Assembly: GCF_018977255.1 (NCBI RefSeq)
Contig: NW_024704743.1
Coordinates: forward strand, 53,136,001 to 53,200,000
Reading direction: 5' to 3'
Source: Callorhinchus milii
Taxonomy: Eukaryota
Length of the DNA: 64,000 bases
Shown here one piece after another: positions 25,101-39,796 of this stretch; the first letter of the stretch is position 1, and every line of letters starts with the position of its first letter. Under the pieces are notes generated by a model, which worked only from the letters and a program-made list of their open reading frames with translations, was not told where the DNA came from and ran no database searches. The translations under genes were made by a program, and so were the position numbers.

Positions 25101-26254
25101 GTGAAATGCGGCAGCCAGTTGCATACCACATTGTCCCAAAAACAGCCAGAATGATCAATTTTACTTGGGGGATTGTTGGTCAAAACACCGGAGAAACTCC
25201 CTTCTCTTTTTGAATAGTGCCATGGGATCTTTAATGTCCACCTGAACAGGCAGATGGGACCTTGGTTTAACATCTCATCTTAAAATTCAGTCTAAATTTG
25301 AAAGCTAGTTCTTTTTAAGAAATGTGGAAAACTTGACTTCTAATTTAAGAGTTAATTTAGAAATTTTCAGTAATTCTGTGCGATCTCAGATTTTGGGTCA
25401 AAAGCGTCTAAGGCTCATACTAGGTGAAATTTTGTGACGCAGAGAAAGCTCATCCTTTGGGTAATTACAAGCTTCCTGTGTGTTGAGGAACTGAAGCCCT
25501 GACAATTGATGGTCACATATCTGATCTACATGAGAAGAGTGGAGATGAAACAATATAGCACACGGCAACAATCTCATTAAAAGCTGTTACTCCAGTAGAA
25601 GATTTCTTTAGCCAGATATTCTTTAATCGAGTGACCCAATTGCTTTTCATTTTTTTCTGGCTGTAAATTATCTGCCCACCAGTCAACCAATTAAGCAAAT
25701 GCTATAAAAGTCAGCATACACTAGATGCCATGTTGTGTCTGTTTTCTACTGCTGTTTTCCATTTATAAGCTGAGTGGGATGAATGTTGCCATGGACAACC
25801 ATATGATTTTACCTTTTTAAAAGCCAACATTAATATTTTGGAATTGGGAGTCTAACAGAGAAATGTATTTAAATAACCGTTCTGATTGCACAATTATTTC
25901 ACAGAAACATATATAGTCCAAAGGATTTGCTGTTGCATGCTTCATATCTTTGTTACCATAACAATAATGGCTGTAGTATACAAATGAATCAATTGTGCAT
26001 ACGCACAATGAGATCAACCAAAAATTGTGAAGTTGTTGTTTTTAGTGTAACATCCAAAGCAGTTCAAACAGTTCAGGACCAGATTTGGGGAGGAGCATCG
26101 TCAGTCCAACGCAGCCCTTCATCCTTGCAAATTTCATAAAAATGAGTACTATTCTGTGGCGTTTTGCCTACAAAATACACAGCCAATTCACTTTACAATA
26201 TATTCTGTGAAGCTCTTTGACACATCTTAAAGATGTGATAAGGCACTATATCAA

Positions 26255-26797
26255 CAACAATAAGATTACATTTGTATAGCGACTTTCATGTTGGGAGGAC
26301 GTCCCAAGGCGCTGGATAGAGTATAGCATTTCAGACCCGAGCTGGGGTCGGGGGGGAGAAGGGAGGGGAGCGGAAGGGGTGGCTGATGGCATGGTCGAAG
26401 AGGAGGGTTTTGAGGCGGGACTTGAAGGAGACTAAGGAGGGGGCGAGGCAGAGTGACTGGGGGATGGAATTCCAGAGGTTGGGGGCAGAGTGGCTGAAGG
26501 CTCTCCCTCCAATGGTGGGGCGGGTGGGATGGGGGACATAGAGCAGGCCAAATCCGGCTGAGCAGAGGGCGCGGGCAGGTTGGTAGGGGGTTAGGAGGTC
26601 GCAGAGGTAGGGTGGGGTGAGGCCATGGAGGGCTTTGTAGGTGAGAACCAGGATTTTGAACTGGATCCTCTGAAGGATAGGGAGCCAATGGAGTCGGGCG
26701 AGAGTGGGGGAAGATGGGGTCACAGAGTTTGGTGCGGGAGAGGACACAGGCTGCAGAGTTCTGGATTATCTGCAGCCTGTGGAGGGAGGAGTTGGAT
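26255..26797 (-). mobile_element. L2 LINE 3' fragment
   Basis: LARLHWLPILQRIQFKILVLTYKALHGL...RAFSHSAPNLWNS. Confidence 0.9.
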
Positions 26798-28227
26798 GGA
26801 GTGCTTCACAAAACATACTGTAAAGTGAATTGACTGTATATCTTGTAGGCGAGTAAAGAGAATGAGTTTGGAAAAAGGAAATTAATAATTGTGACCTGGT
26901 TTCGGCCAAGTGTCTTTGTCTGAGAACAAACCTCATCAGAGCAAAAAGTGTTTTTCTCCACTATAAGCGTTTAGTTTTCAAAATCTCCTTTGGTTCAGCA
27001 ACAGAAAATGGGAGAGGGGGAATCTCTTCCAAATTGAATAGGGCAAATTATGACCTAAGACAACAAAAGCATCAAAAATAACAACTTGTATTTATATAAT
27101 AATCCTTGCATTTGATAATAATCTTTGCATTTGATATAGAGCCTTATTACGTCTTCGAGACATCTCAAAGTACTTCACAGAATATACTGTAAAGTGAATT
27201 GACTACTTTTTGTGGCCGAAATAGAGTCCTTTATGCAGCACGTCTTGGAGCGAAGACAAGTAGAAGTCACTTAACTTGGAACGATGGGGTCAAAACTTGT
27301 TATATTTATTAACAGGATTCCTTAATGAATAATTCAATTGTCATTCCTACAGAACTCCACTCTGGGAGTATATCACATCAAAGTGGAGTTTTCGGGGTTG
27401 GTTGGCATGAAGCAGTTCCAGTTACAAGAAGAAGTCCCCCATTCACCCAATTCCAAAGATTGCTTACTAAGGAATCCGGTTAAGAAATCCTGCAGATAAG
27501 ATCCCCACATAGGGAAGCTTATTGGCCACTCTCCTCTGACATTGTCTCTTTGTCTTTCCTCACACTGTGCTAACATTGTGCAGTGCTGAGCTACCTGCCA
27601 GACCATTTGCCTCAGGTTAAAAATCAACCTGTTTCACCAGCACCTTTTGATTGTAGCCCGTGGGTAACTCTAAATCTTTCAGAATACCCTGGGGGAAATC
27701 ACAAATGGCAGATCAAGTTTTTTTAAAATATTACATTTTTGTTCCCTGAATGCACCATTAGCCCCAGGTCTACTTTCAATAAGAGCCACTGTGAATGTAA
27801 GTATCCAGCGCGAGTTCTTATTTCAGTATGGTGTGGATTAACCACTAGCACCCCAGGGTTACTATAAACAGAATGCCACTATCTATCTGTATGGGTGCAA
27901 AGCTGCAGAAAAGCCTGAGTATCCAAGAATTCGTTCCAACTAATTTTCAGACAATACGTAACTTTGAAGTGTAGTGACTGTTTCTTCGTAGGAAAACACT
28001 GCAGCTGATGTGCACCAAGATCAAACCACAAACTGCAAAGGGATGAATAACCAAATACAATAAACTCGAATAAACTCATCTCAAAGATGTGATAAAGCGC
28101 TATATCAAATGCAAGGATTATTCTTATAAACTGTTTTCAAGAGGAAAGAATATTGGTCAGGTCATCAGCATGCCTCCTTGCTTGTGTTTTAAACCCTGTT
28201 TAAAATAATAAAGTCCTTTAAACCGTG

Positions 28228-28565
28228 TTTAAAATGATAAAGGGATTTGATAGAGTAGATACAGATAAACTATATCCTCTGGTGGAGGAATCCAGAACGA
28301 GGGGTACAATCTTAAATTAGAGCTAGGCCATTCGGAAGTGAAATCAGAAAGCACTTTTTCACAAAAAGGTAAGTGGAAAACTGGAACTCTCTCCCCCTAT
28401 GTAGGACCCTGGATCAATTAAAATTTTCAAGACTGAGGTGGATAGATTTCTGTTAGATAAGGGTATCAAGGGATATGGAGCAAAGGTAGGTAAATGGAGA
28501 TGAGGTACAGATCGACCATGATCAGTAGAATGACTCGAGGGGCTCCTTTTCCCATGTTCATATGT
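28228..28565 (+). mobile_element. CR1 3' fragment
   Basis: KMIKGFDRVD..KLYP..TRG..LK; dttggatagatttctg-type end region and CR1 3' UTR. Confidence 0.82.
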
Positions 28566-30614
28566 CACAGTGCACAATTTTAATGGACTACACCTCCAAC
28601 AACCCAGAGCTGCAACACGGTGTCAGGCTTGATTAAGAGCTTCAAGTTGGGGCTCAAACATTTTGATCCATAGGTGAGAATGCTACCAACTGAACCAAAT
28701 TAACAAGACATTGAGCTGTACTGGCACTCCACACACAAACAACCTTTTATACCAGTCAGCAAGTATTTATTTAAGGTATTAATGTCTTCCTTCCACAAGT
28801 GTTAAGATACGGTCAATGAGCACAAAATGAACCTGATTACTTTCTTGCATAAATGTCCATTATGCATTGTCCAAATCCTGAAACACTAGTAATCTGGAAC
28901 TTCAACCACTAACTGAATGTCATCTATCAGATCAAATAAAATAGTGATTGCTTTGTGCTCTCACTCATTCCACCATGCATGATGACCTTTGATTTTTAAC
29001 TTGCTTCTGTGGTCAGGTGCTAATGCAGCAGTTCGATCATTGTGTTTCTGCTTGATCAAGTGGCTGATTTTCAAATCACTGAGCAATGAGACATAGGAGT
29101 AGGACTATGTGGTTTGCACCTATCTGCTTTAAAACGATTTGTCTGTCACTTGCCTCTAGGGTGATGCTTCCTGACAACTTGTAGTGAGAGGCACAATGGA
29201 AGACTGCACACAAAGATCCTGAAAGAATATCAAAATGAAGGGAAAGGGAGCAAGCCCAAAATTTGGTGTGCTTACCACACATATATACACACACACATAA
29301 AACAATTATAGAGAATATCACAGCCCAAGTAATGTCAAATATTACATTCAGATTAGTGATAGATGCTTATGAATGCAGTTATTTCATCTTAAAAGCAAAT
29401 AGATTTTTCCAACAAAAAGTTTAAATATATTAGAAATTGACTGATAATCAACTTGAAAGCTAATGTATCTATAATTATAATAATCCTTGCATTTGATATA
29501 GCGCTTTTCACATCTTTTAGACGTCTCAATGCGCTTCACAGAATATACTGCTAAGTGAATTGACTGTATATTTGTGGGCAAAACAATGAAATCTATTTCA
29601 TTGTGTTACAGAAGCAAGATGGTACAACAACGTTACCTTGTGGTTATCCAGATGGTATTGTACCAATAGTGAGTATTCAGTCTACTGGGATTACATCCAA
29701 AAATACGTGGTCTGAGAGGTCTTTCTCATTAATGAACTAAGGTCAAGTGTTATATTATTGTTACCAGTGCAATTGAGAGAATTCATTTATTCACGTTAAA
29801 AAGTGACCATTTTTAAAACATTTTCAGGTGGCTTGTTTCACTACAATTCCACCCCACCACCACCACCGTTAATACCAATGACATTCAGGATTTCCTTAAT
29901 CCATGACCCTTTCAAATCCTTGTTCCTGTTACTATCGTTTTATTCTTTCCAGCTTTGAGATAATTTGGACTTGTGCAAACGTAACGTATTGCTGGTCGTG
30001 AATAGCATAATTTTCAGTGGTGTGTCCATAAAATTACAATGCAGCAAATTGTAGGTTTACATACATTATTAACACTTCCTAAGACTTATTATTTTTACAG
30101 TTCATTACTATTGAACAGTGACTGTTGCAGAGTCTATGGCAAACAGATTTCTAAGTCACCTTGGTTCACTGAGTAACACTACAGTTGGAAATACAACATG
30201 AAATGGCTTGTACTTATCGAGAATTTGGTGTGACAGAAATGGATGATAGAAATCAATACATAGATCAACATTGCACTTACAAAAAGAAAGTCCTTAACCT
30301 TGATGTGTGCCAGGAAGACAGATTTTTTGAAAACCTTATTTTGAATAGTAATATTATGGACTATATCCTCCTGTTAGTGCTATGCTGCTTGAGTGAAACA
30401 TTCTTTGTGATGTGTGTAAATGTCCTTTGACTAAAAATAACAAAATTGCATTTGCATAGCATCTTTCACATCGGGAAGACGTCCCAAGGCGCTGGACAGA
30501 GTTACGGACCCAAACTGAGGGTCGGGGTGGGAGAGGGTGGAGGGCAGGGGATTGGGGGTAAGCAGGGAGATCGAAAGCATGGTCGAAGAGGACCCCAATA
30601 ACACTAGATAACAA

Positions 30615-30860
30615 CAGTGCCCTGGAGTACTGCAGACCAGCCAGGTGGGTCCACAGTATTCCAGGGCACTACTGATGACAGTATAGCCAAGGTGGCTCAT
30701 TGGCAGGACTTGGAAGGGCAGATCAGACACTGGAGGCAGGGAATCATGCTACTCAACTCCCAAAGCCCTAAAGAGTAGGGAGGTCCTCTCTGGACAAGGA
30801 GCGGGAAAGCTCGTTAGATAGTGTTCCCAATGGCAAACTTTGCAGTGAAATGGAACACTA
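30615..30860 (+). repeat. Unclassified repeat X, 5' or central part
   Basis: tattccagggcactactgatgacag..ggctcattggcagga.ttggaaggg matches 8965-9030. Confidence 0.72.
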
Positions 30861-31396
30861 TTTTAAGTAAGGCCCTGGGTTTGAACCAGCTCACTTTAAA
30901 GGGTTGAACTTCTTTGTCGGTTTGTAAGGTCCAACATGAAATGAGTAGGGGGCACAGTACTCAGCCCATTCCCAATGGGGATAGGCTCAGAACTCAAAAT
31001 TGCCCTTAACTCAGAAACTAACTGGCATTGAAACATTTATCTCATTCAGAAGGTTAGTGCAGGAAAAAAGATAATATCAAATTGGTACAATAAGGGAATT
31101 CTTTGAAGTTTGAGTTGAGTCACATTGTTGAGGCAGACTAAAGGTAATAGATTCTAATCATGTCACACAGGACCAGGGAGTGGATCATGTTGATGCTGAG
31201 CATTTAAAATAGTAAAGTGTTCCATTTCACTGAATTCAGCCAATTGCACACAGCAGTGTCCCACAAACAATCGTGGATTGAGTGACCAAATTATTTTTTG
31301 TAGGGATCATTACCCCCAGAAAATGATACAAATATATTGTTATAGATTTAAAATATATACAAAATAGTTAATTCACTTTACATTATATACAGTATG

Positions 31397-32995
31397 AAGT
31401 CCTCCATGAAGTCCACCACCTGCTCCCTCGAACCCATCCCCACCCCTCTCCTTAAATCTCAGCTCCACTTCCTTGCCCCACTATTCGCAGACATTATTAA
31501 CCTCTCCCTGTCATCTAGCACTGTTCCTTCTCCACTCAAAACATCACTCCCACCCTGAAGAAACCTTCTCTCGACCCGTCACAGCTATCCAGCTACCGTC
31601 CCATCTCAAATCTACCCTTTCTATCCAAGGTCCTTGAGAGAGCCGTTGCGTCCCAGCTTAGCTCTTTCCTCTCCTCCCACTCCCTCCATGAACCCCTCTA
31701 ATCGGGTTTCTGTGCTGCCCACAGCACAGAAACTGCTCTGGCCAAGGTCACAAACGACATCCTGACCATGTGTGACCAGTGCTTCCTCTGCCTCCTCAAC
31801 CTCTCCGCTGCCTTTGACACCATGGACCACTCAATCCTCCTCCACCACCTCTCCTCCCACCTCAACCTTCAAGGCTCTGTCCTTGACTGGTTCAGGTCCT
31901 ACCTTTCACACCGCCTCCACTTCGTCGCTGCAAACGGCTTCTCCTCCAGCCCCCGCACCGTCTCATGCGGTGTGCCTCAGGGCTCTGTCCTCGGTCCCCT
32001 CCTCTTCACCCTCTACATGCTCCCGCTTGGTGACATCATCCACAGACATGGGGTAAATTTCCACATGTATGCGGATGACACCCAACTCTATATCTCTGCC
32101 TCCACCCTCAACTCCAGGACTACTGGCATCCCGAGACTGCCTGTCCAACAACAAGTCCAGGATGAGGACCAACTTTCTCCAACTCAATGTCAGCAAGACT
32201 AAGGTCCTCCTGATTGTCTCACGCCAACACCTCCGCACTTCAGGCGCTGGCAGCATCAGCCTCCACGACTGCACACTCAACCTCACTAAGCCAGTCAGGA
32301 ACCTGGGTATCTTGTTTGACCCTGAACCACCTCGCAACATTGCCAGACTCCGCCACTGCCTCACCCCTCAGGCTGCCGAAACCCTCACTCACGCATTTGT
32401 CACATCAAGGCTCAACTACGGGAACTCCCTCCTCATCGGCCTTCCCAACTCTTCCCGTCACAAGCTGCAGATCATCCAAAACTCTGCAGCTCATGTACTC
32501 TCACGCACCAGACTCCGTGACCCCATCACTCCCACCCTCGCCCGACTCCACTGGCTCCCCATCCCCCAGAGGATCGAGTTCAAGATCTTCGGCCTTACCT
32601 TTAAGGCCATCCATGGCCTTGCCCCCTCCTACCTCTCTGACCTGCTGACTCCCTACGAGCCTGCTCGCTCCCTCCCCTCAGCGGGCTCCGGCCTGCTCCA
32701 TGTCTCCCACCCGACCTACCATCAGTGGCCAGGCTTTTAGCTTCTCTGCCCCCACACTCTGGAACTCCATCCAATAGACCCTTCGCCTCGCTTCCTCCAT
32801 TGCCTCCTTCAAGGTTGGTCTCAAGACCTTTCTCTTCGACCGTGCCTTTGGTCTCCTTCCCACCTCTCTGCCTTCCCTCACCCCTACACCACCCCTCCCC
32901 CATGCTCGAGCCCCGACACCTGACTGTTCAGGACTTTGGGACATCCTCTCGACTTGAAAGGCCGTGTAAATGTAATGTAATTTTGTTGTTGGTGG
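31397..32995 (+). mobile_element. L2-clade LINE, 5'-truncated and inactive (RT domain and 3' end)
   Basis: [45 protein letters not shown] motifs with a stop and frameshifts; 3' tail ending ttgttgttg. Confidence 0.93.
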
Positions 32996-33291
32996 TATAG
33001 ATTAAAGATGCTAACTGAGTTTGTCTAATCAGTTCTTCAAAAGAAATCAGAGGAAACTGTCTTACATAAAGCAAGCTCTCTCTGTGGTGCTCTAAACATC
33101 CTTTGTCCCATATCAAAACATTGCTTACAACAAATATCCACAGTTAATATTCCAGTATTGGCAAAACAAGTCCAAAATAGTCCGCAGGAAGAAAGCAGAA
33201 ATTGTGTTTTCACTTCAAAAAGGTGAAAAGATCTCATCGTCATGCCTGAAATAATGTGAGAATGTGTGAACAGTTATCTGCTGGTTTAAAC

Positions 33292-33417
33292 TGCAATCTC
33301 CGCTATGTGGGTGAAATGAAGCACAGAATGGGTAACTGCATTGCTGAATACCTGTTTTATCTGATCATGACATCTCTGTTGACTCACTGTTTGAACACCC
33401 ACTCCCATCCTCATTCT
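33292..33417 (+). mobile_element. Degraded Penelope GIY-YIG endonuclease fragment
   Basis: CNLRYVGEMKHRMGNCIAEYL..HCLNTHSH resembles the C..LYIGETKRRLGDRFAEHL..HFN..SH pattern. Confidence 0.65.
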
Positions 33418-35949
33418 TCCCGATCTTATTTTCTTACCTGCAACTTGCTCTGCTTTCTGACCTATGGTTCTACTCCAGAATGTGGTTCCATATGTGCTGA
33501 TTACATCGCCACAAAAGGATATTCTTTATATATGGGTCTGAAAGGTAAGTACTAGCAGGCTTTTTGACTGAAGGCACAATGCCATCTGCATACATCCATT
33601 GTCCAGCAAAAATGTGTGAATTATAATAATAAACCTTGCATTGAATCGAGCGCCTAATCACATCTTTGAGACATCTCAAAGCACTCCACAGGATTTTATT
33701 GTGAAATGTATTGGCTGTTATTTGTAGGCAAATGCAGCAGCTGTTTTGTGCACAGCAATATCCTGCAAACAGCCATGAAGTAAGTGACGATTTTATTTGG
33801 GGGAATTATTAGCCATGGGATTGTTAATGTTAAAGTGAATAGAACAGTGACCCAAAATTCCTAGCCTGTAAGACAATTTTGCCTTAAAATGTAATTGTGA
33901 TAAAATCTTAAATTCATTTGGAAGCCAGTCTACTGCAATTCAGAAAAGAACCAGCTTTCAATTTAAGACTGAATTGAAGAATTTTCCACAAGTCTGCGTA
34001 ATCTTACATTTTAAGGCAAAATGGACCCTTCTGGCTAAATTTCAGTGGAATTTCATGCCTGAGTTGCTGGAACCGTTTTTCCCCCCCTCTCCTAGCCCAG
34101 GTGTGGCAAACTGCCCCGGGTAAAATCAATCCTAGCGAGGATCCAAACCTGTCACCATACCATCGCCACCTGCATCAAGTGGTGACTATTGCCCATGAGA
34201 CTATAAGAGAGATTTCTGAACAGTTAATAGCTGCAATCTAATACAATATACTGACAACAAGGGAGCAGAATGTTCCATTATTGTAATTAGATTTTTTTAA
34301 TAGTTTGAGACTACTCGATTTTCAATGACACTCATGTTCAGGACAATGCTGTGAGTGACGAACAACAAAGGAAACGCAACAAATTGAAATAGTTTGGATG
34401 GCATCTCATTGCGAAGTTGTGAGGCACAGATGGCACGGTAGGAGAATTTCTTCAGGGTGTTTGTAATCTTGCCTCAGCCCACCAGGATTTGATTAATTTA
34501 TTCACGTTGGAAGGCATATGTTCCAATGTGGTGTAAAAAAGTGAAGTGAAAATGAAATGGTTGTTGTAGAATATTAAATACCAGGATTATTATTAGCTTG
34601 GATGGAATACAGTTTCAAATTTGTAGATTTATCCATATGAAACAGAATTAGTTTCCAGTTCACCTATTTATCCTTCTCATTCTGAAGCACCTTTCGTCAA
34701 ACTGTTTCACATATATGCCATCCACAAGATTAAATCTTTTCTGTTATGTATCCAATGCACATTTCTCACTTTGAGCCTGGGGGTCTATCCTGCAATCTAA
34801 AAGTCAAAGTAAAGTCATAAAACTCTTATCCAGCAGTCAAAAGTTGCAGCCCGAATGCCAGAGAACAAATATGTGACCCAGCTTCAGGACGCTGGCATTC
34901 AGAATGCTGCCAGGGGTTTGCTTCCAGGGAGTTGCTTACAGGTAATTCCTATTTGTTATTGAAGAAATATATTCATTGAAACTACAAGTGAGACTGCATT
35001 ATCTTTCAGACCAGGTTGAAAGTTTACAGACTTTAAATGTAGAATTATTGGTAGCCTCACTTACTCAGAAAATTACTTTTTTTNCATTTAAATCAACTTG
35101 ATAATTTGACTCTCTAGGGGGTGAGACTGTTTTTCATATGTCGTATTAATTGAAAGCAGTGAGAAACTTAGCCATTACAAATGGAAGCTGACAACCACTC
35201 AAAACCCTCCAGCAAGTTATATCATCAACCAGCTGTACACATTGCTTATCGGAAACCTGAATAAGGTCACAATTCAAGAATCATTTGTCTCCCAATTATG
35301 TAGCTTTTCAAAATTCAACTTGCAATCAACAATAGATACTGGCTGATACCCCAGGACAGTGCAACCTTAAAAAACAAAACGGTGCACTTCCTTTGTATAT
35401 CATGTAATATTTTAAATCTGACCAGATTTGTGGATTGCAAAAGCAGATTTGTTGCACTTGAACCCCAATAATGACACAATCGGCTTGCCAACAAGTGTGG
35501 ATATAATTCTTGTATAGTAGCAGGGTTTCTATAAAGTGAAGATAAAACAGCCAATTTGCAAGGCATCAGGCCACACTCCATTTAATAATTGATAGTCTGA
35601 ATAAATAGAAAATACTTTAGATAATTTATTTTACACAAGAATGGTTTGATTTTCCAAAATGATTTGTTGGCATTAAATGCTGCATTTAGTTTGCAGAACA
35701 TTAAAACAAATACAGCAACATACTGAAATATTTTCTGCTTGGTAGGATTCTGCATTTAGCCGTTATGTTTAGATTAGTAATTCTATACACTAGGAAATTG
35801 TGTGTTTCGATATTTGTGAATTTTATGCATGCTTCACATATGTATTCATCTGCATTTGGGACGTCCTCCCGACGTGAAAGGCGCTCAATAAATGGAATCT
35901 TGTTGTTGTTGTTGGGTAGACATTGCCAAGAATAAAGAAGCCAAATTTT

Positions 35950-36355
35950 TATGAATAATACTTGGATTTGGTACAGTGCCTTTCACGTCAGGACTTTCCA
36001 AAGCACTTCGCAGAAATTGAGTGGCTGTATTTGTAGGCAAACTGTAGCAGCCCAATTGCACACAGCAATGTCCCACAAACATGAAGCAAATGACCACTTT
36101 TATTTTAGGGGATTGTTACCCAGGACACCAGGAGAAACTAACTACCTTCTCTTTTTGAGTGGCGCATAGGATCCTTAACGCCTACTTGAACAGTAGACAG
36201 GACCTTAGCTTAACATCATAACCAAGGGATGGCATCTCTAACAATGCAACACTTCCCCAGCACTGCAGTCAGCTTAAACTAGCCAAGTTCAAGTCACGGC
36301 GTGGGGCTTGAACCCACAATCTTCAGACTCAGAGGCGAGCAAATGAGCCAGGCTG
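35950..36355 (-). mobile_element. Deu-domain SINE (family B)
   Basis: Reverse-strand tail, core and head. Confidence 0.75.
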
Positions 36356-36884
36356 AAACAAGTACACTAAATATGGTGGTTTAAATGAACAAATAATTAC
36401 AAAGAGTTAAACAAACATGTCAAAGCAATGTTAGTTTGAGTGAAACACCATGTTCAAGGAAGGGAAATGCTTTTAATAATAAAAATATCCTTGCATTTGA
36501 TAATAGTGCATTTGATGCAATTAGTCAAACAGAAAAAGCTTACAGCGGGCATCTAGCAAATATGTAAAGATGTTAAAGATCAATGAAAGTATATTGAAAA
36601 TAATCCCAACACATATTTGATGCTTTGGTGAAGTATCTCGGAACATCAAATCTCTGCAGCAGACTTGTACTTTGGTTCAAATCTCAACTCAGCCCAAACA
36701 CAACCATACAGTATAATTGAACAAAAATGCCCCCAAAATAATTCTTGTGAAAATTACAGCATATGCTTATGTGATTTTTTAAATATATCTTTGAATTGTC
36801 TCATTTACATACAGAGGAATTTGTAATCTTCGAAACCAAATAGGTTGTATTACGGTCTTCAATTTTGAGTGTTTTGCAATTATA

Positions 36885-37133
36885 GAAACAGAGCGGAGGT
36901 GAGGAGAAATGTTTTCACACAGCGAGTTGTTCGGATCAGGAATATATTGCCTGAAAGGGTGGTGGAAGCCAATTCAATATCAACTTTTAAGAGAGTAGAT
37001 AATTATTTGGGGAAGACAAGTTTGCAGGGTTATGGGGAGAGAGGTGGAAGTGGGATTGATTTGGATAGCTCTTTTCAAAGAGCCGGCACAGACACGATGG
37101 CCCGAATGTCCTCCTGCGCTGTATAATTCTATG
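36885..37133 (+). mobile_element. CR1 3' fragment
   Basis: RRNVFTQRVVRI.N.LPERVVEANSISTFK. Confidence 0.88.
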
Positions 37134-37294
37134 AATAAAGTGAATATGAAAATTGTAACGGGGATAAGATCTGAGAAGCATTTGAGATAATTAAAATGTT
37201 TTAAAGGAAAGCTTTCTGCTGGTAGGGTATTTGATGGCTGGAGGGTAAGACACTATGAGGGGAGGGAAAGGAGAGGTTTGGATGGACTTCACAA

Positions 37295-37662
37295 GGTCAG
37301 TCTGGATTAAGAAGGCCCTGCAGCACATCCAGTCTCATCCCTCCAGAACAGCCAACCTACAGTTTCCCCCACCAATCACTGCATTAAGCTGCTTTTTAAA
37401 TGAACTTCGTGTCTCTACCATCTTTCCTACAAACTGGTCCAGTTGTTGATTACCCTCTGCATAAAGAAAAACTTACTGGTATCTGTCTTGAAATTGCCTT
37501 TTACAGCACTAAACCTATATTCTCCTGCTCTGTTGTCTTGATACATCTTAACATATTGATCTGGGTTTACTTTTTCAATCCCATCTAAAACTTTATACAC
37601 CAATACCAGGTCCTCTCTGAGCTGTCTTCTCTCAAGACTGAACGAGCAGACTTCTTCTCCCA
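37295..37662 (-). mobile_element. CR1 3' fragment
   Basis: FSLERRQLREDLVLVYKVLDGIEKVNP...FFMQRVINNW. Confidence 0.85.
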
Positions 37663-38268
37663 AAGGACTTTCAAAGTATGGAATAATTTACTAAGATGGG
37701 TATAAGAGCAATCAATTGGGGGCATTTAAGAGAATTAGCACATGGACATGCAGAAGAGAGATATTTAGAAGGTACAGGGAAACACGGGATTTGGATTAGG
37801 ATGGACGGCTTCTTGGACCAAACACCAACATTAAACAAATGGGCCAAATGGACTTTACTGTGTTGTCCACTGCTGTGGTTCTATGTAAAATGTCACAAAT
37901 TTACCAGTTAGAAAATTACACATATATAGTATTTCCTGATATAAACTTCAAATTACTCAGTATTTTGTTCTGGTCATGATCTAATGCACAATATATTTGT
38001 TTCCTCCAGGTTTCAGTGTGCACAGTAATAACAAGCACAGCTCCTTTGACTTTGTATTTGCATAAATATAAATTGTTTTAATTGAACAGCCGTGACTGCA
38101 AGACACTAAGGGCTGATACCTCCACTCTCCACAATATTTATAAATGATAATACTCTCAAATATACCACCAAGTTATTTGGTAAAATAAGATGCTTCGAGA
38201 AAAGGAATCCAGAGAGTAAGGAACCAGTGATCCCACTGATGGAATTTAACACTGAAAAACATATGGTA

Positions 38269-38285
38269 CAGCGCCCCCTAATGGC
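38269..38285 (-). promoter_or_regulatory. Candidate CTCF site
   Basis: Minus strand GCCATTAGGGGGCGCTG, one mismatch to the CCACTAGGGGGCGC consensus; CpG retained. Confidence 0.6.
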
Positions 38286-39119
38286 TCAGCCCAGTGTGAT
38301 ACTGACTGGAAATATAGCTATTTTGGCCCCTACATTTTGTGGTGGGGTAAAGAGCTACAGGTGGGAGCTGCTTTGCATTCAGCATCTCTTACACAAAAAT
38401 GTGCTTGTGGACATCTAATGATGGCAGGATGATTTTGTCTCTCCCCACCCCACCACCCTTCACTTGTACATCCCTGATTGTCCAGAGCATTGGGACATCC
38501 TCCCAAAGTGAAAGGCGCTATATAAACGTAATTTTGTTGTTGTTGTTGAAGCAGTCATGTGGAATTGTGGGCCAATTTCAGGAGAAAAGAGAAGGAAGTG
38601 GAGTCCAGGAGAGGGAATATTTAAAATGGCAAACATAATGTCATCTAAAATTCCAGATATGAATACAATTTTTTTTGTGGTTAAAACAAGGGAAGTCAGG
38701 GGGGCAGGGTAATCTGAGCATTGCATAACCGAGCAGTATCATACGTAGCGATCGTACTGCACAGAAGGTCCCATTGACTGAATAAAAGGGCAAGTAACAT
38801 TATGTGTAAGGGAATTTACAGAATATTTGTATATAAACTCAAAGGTAGGTACACACAATAGTGGAGGCACAATTACACAAATGTGCAATGCAGTTATGTA
38901 CAACTGTAGTCACCCTAATTATGGAGATAGGAACTGAAGATGACTTAATTTGTTTTTTTAAATCATTGAGGCATTTACTAATCCATGCGTTATAATAATA
39001 AATTGGATACTGTGATGTGTTAAGAAATTTTTGCACAAAACCAGAGAAAATAATGAAGACCATAAAAGAAGAAGTAGCTAAACACAAAGCAACATGCTTA
39101 GTTGTTGACTCATGGAATA

Positions 39120-39136
39120 GGCTGCCACCTAGTGTG
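39120..39136 (-). promoter_or_regulatory. Candidate CTCF site, same orientation as 38269-38285
   Basis: Minus strand CACACTAGGTGGCAGCC matches the CTCF core NCACTAGRTGGCAG. Confidence 0.55.
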
Positions 39137-39796
39137 AAACTGAAGGAAATTAAACTATTTAGAGTAATCTATAGAAATAGGCAGATCGAGTCCTGAAACA
39201 AGACCTTGCTGTGTGAAATGACTTTTTCTCAGACATGCTAGTATTACACATTTCGTTTCAATTAATTTAAAGTATAGCCAGGACAAAAAATTCTTTGCAA
39301 AGGTCAAGCACTGAAGCAGAAATAATAATAATAATCCTTGTATTTGATACAGAACTTAGTTATCTTTTTAAGGTCCTCTCTTAAGGTCAATCAGTCAGAC
39401 TTGTGATTGACAAGATCATCAGCACTTTCAATTCCTCTCAAAAAGATGTATTCAAGCCACTCAGGGGAGCACTTGAAACCCACTCAGTTTCTTGCCTACA
39501 GAAACTTTTCACAACTTAAAACATAAGATTTCATCTTTATAGTCAAAAAAAGCTTATTTTCCCACATCGCTGAATGGCGATATACATTTTAACCATCCAG
39601 AAAAACAAGAACAAGTTTCATGGGAACACTACCACCTTCAAGTTCCCTCCAAGTCACTCACTATCCTGACTTGACCACGATTCCTTCATCGGTGAATAAA
39701 AATTCAAAAATGTCAATAAAACAATTAAAATGAGACAATTCTCAGGAGAAAGGGCATTAAAAAATAATACACATCACACCACTCTTGTTATCCGCT

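Noticed and set aside
31768..32740. Long ORFs suggesting an active reverse transcriptase gene
   Set aside because: Fragments of a 5'-truncated L2 with a stop and frameshifts; not an intact gene.
1..39000. NPY exons expected from mammalian synteny downstream of STK31
   Set aside because: No YPSKPD or RHYINLITRQR coding sequence was found by eye; the gene, if adjacent, lies outside the window.
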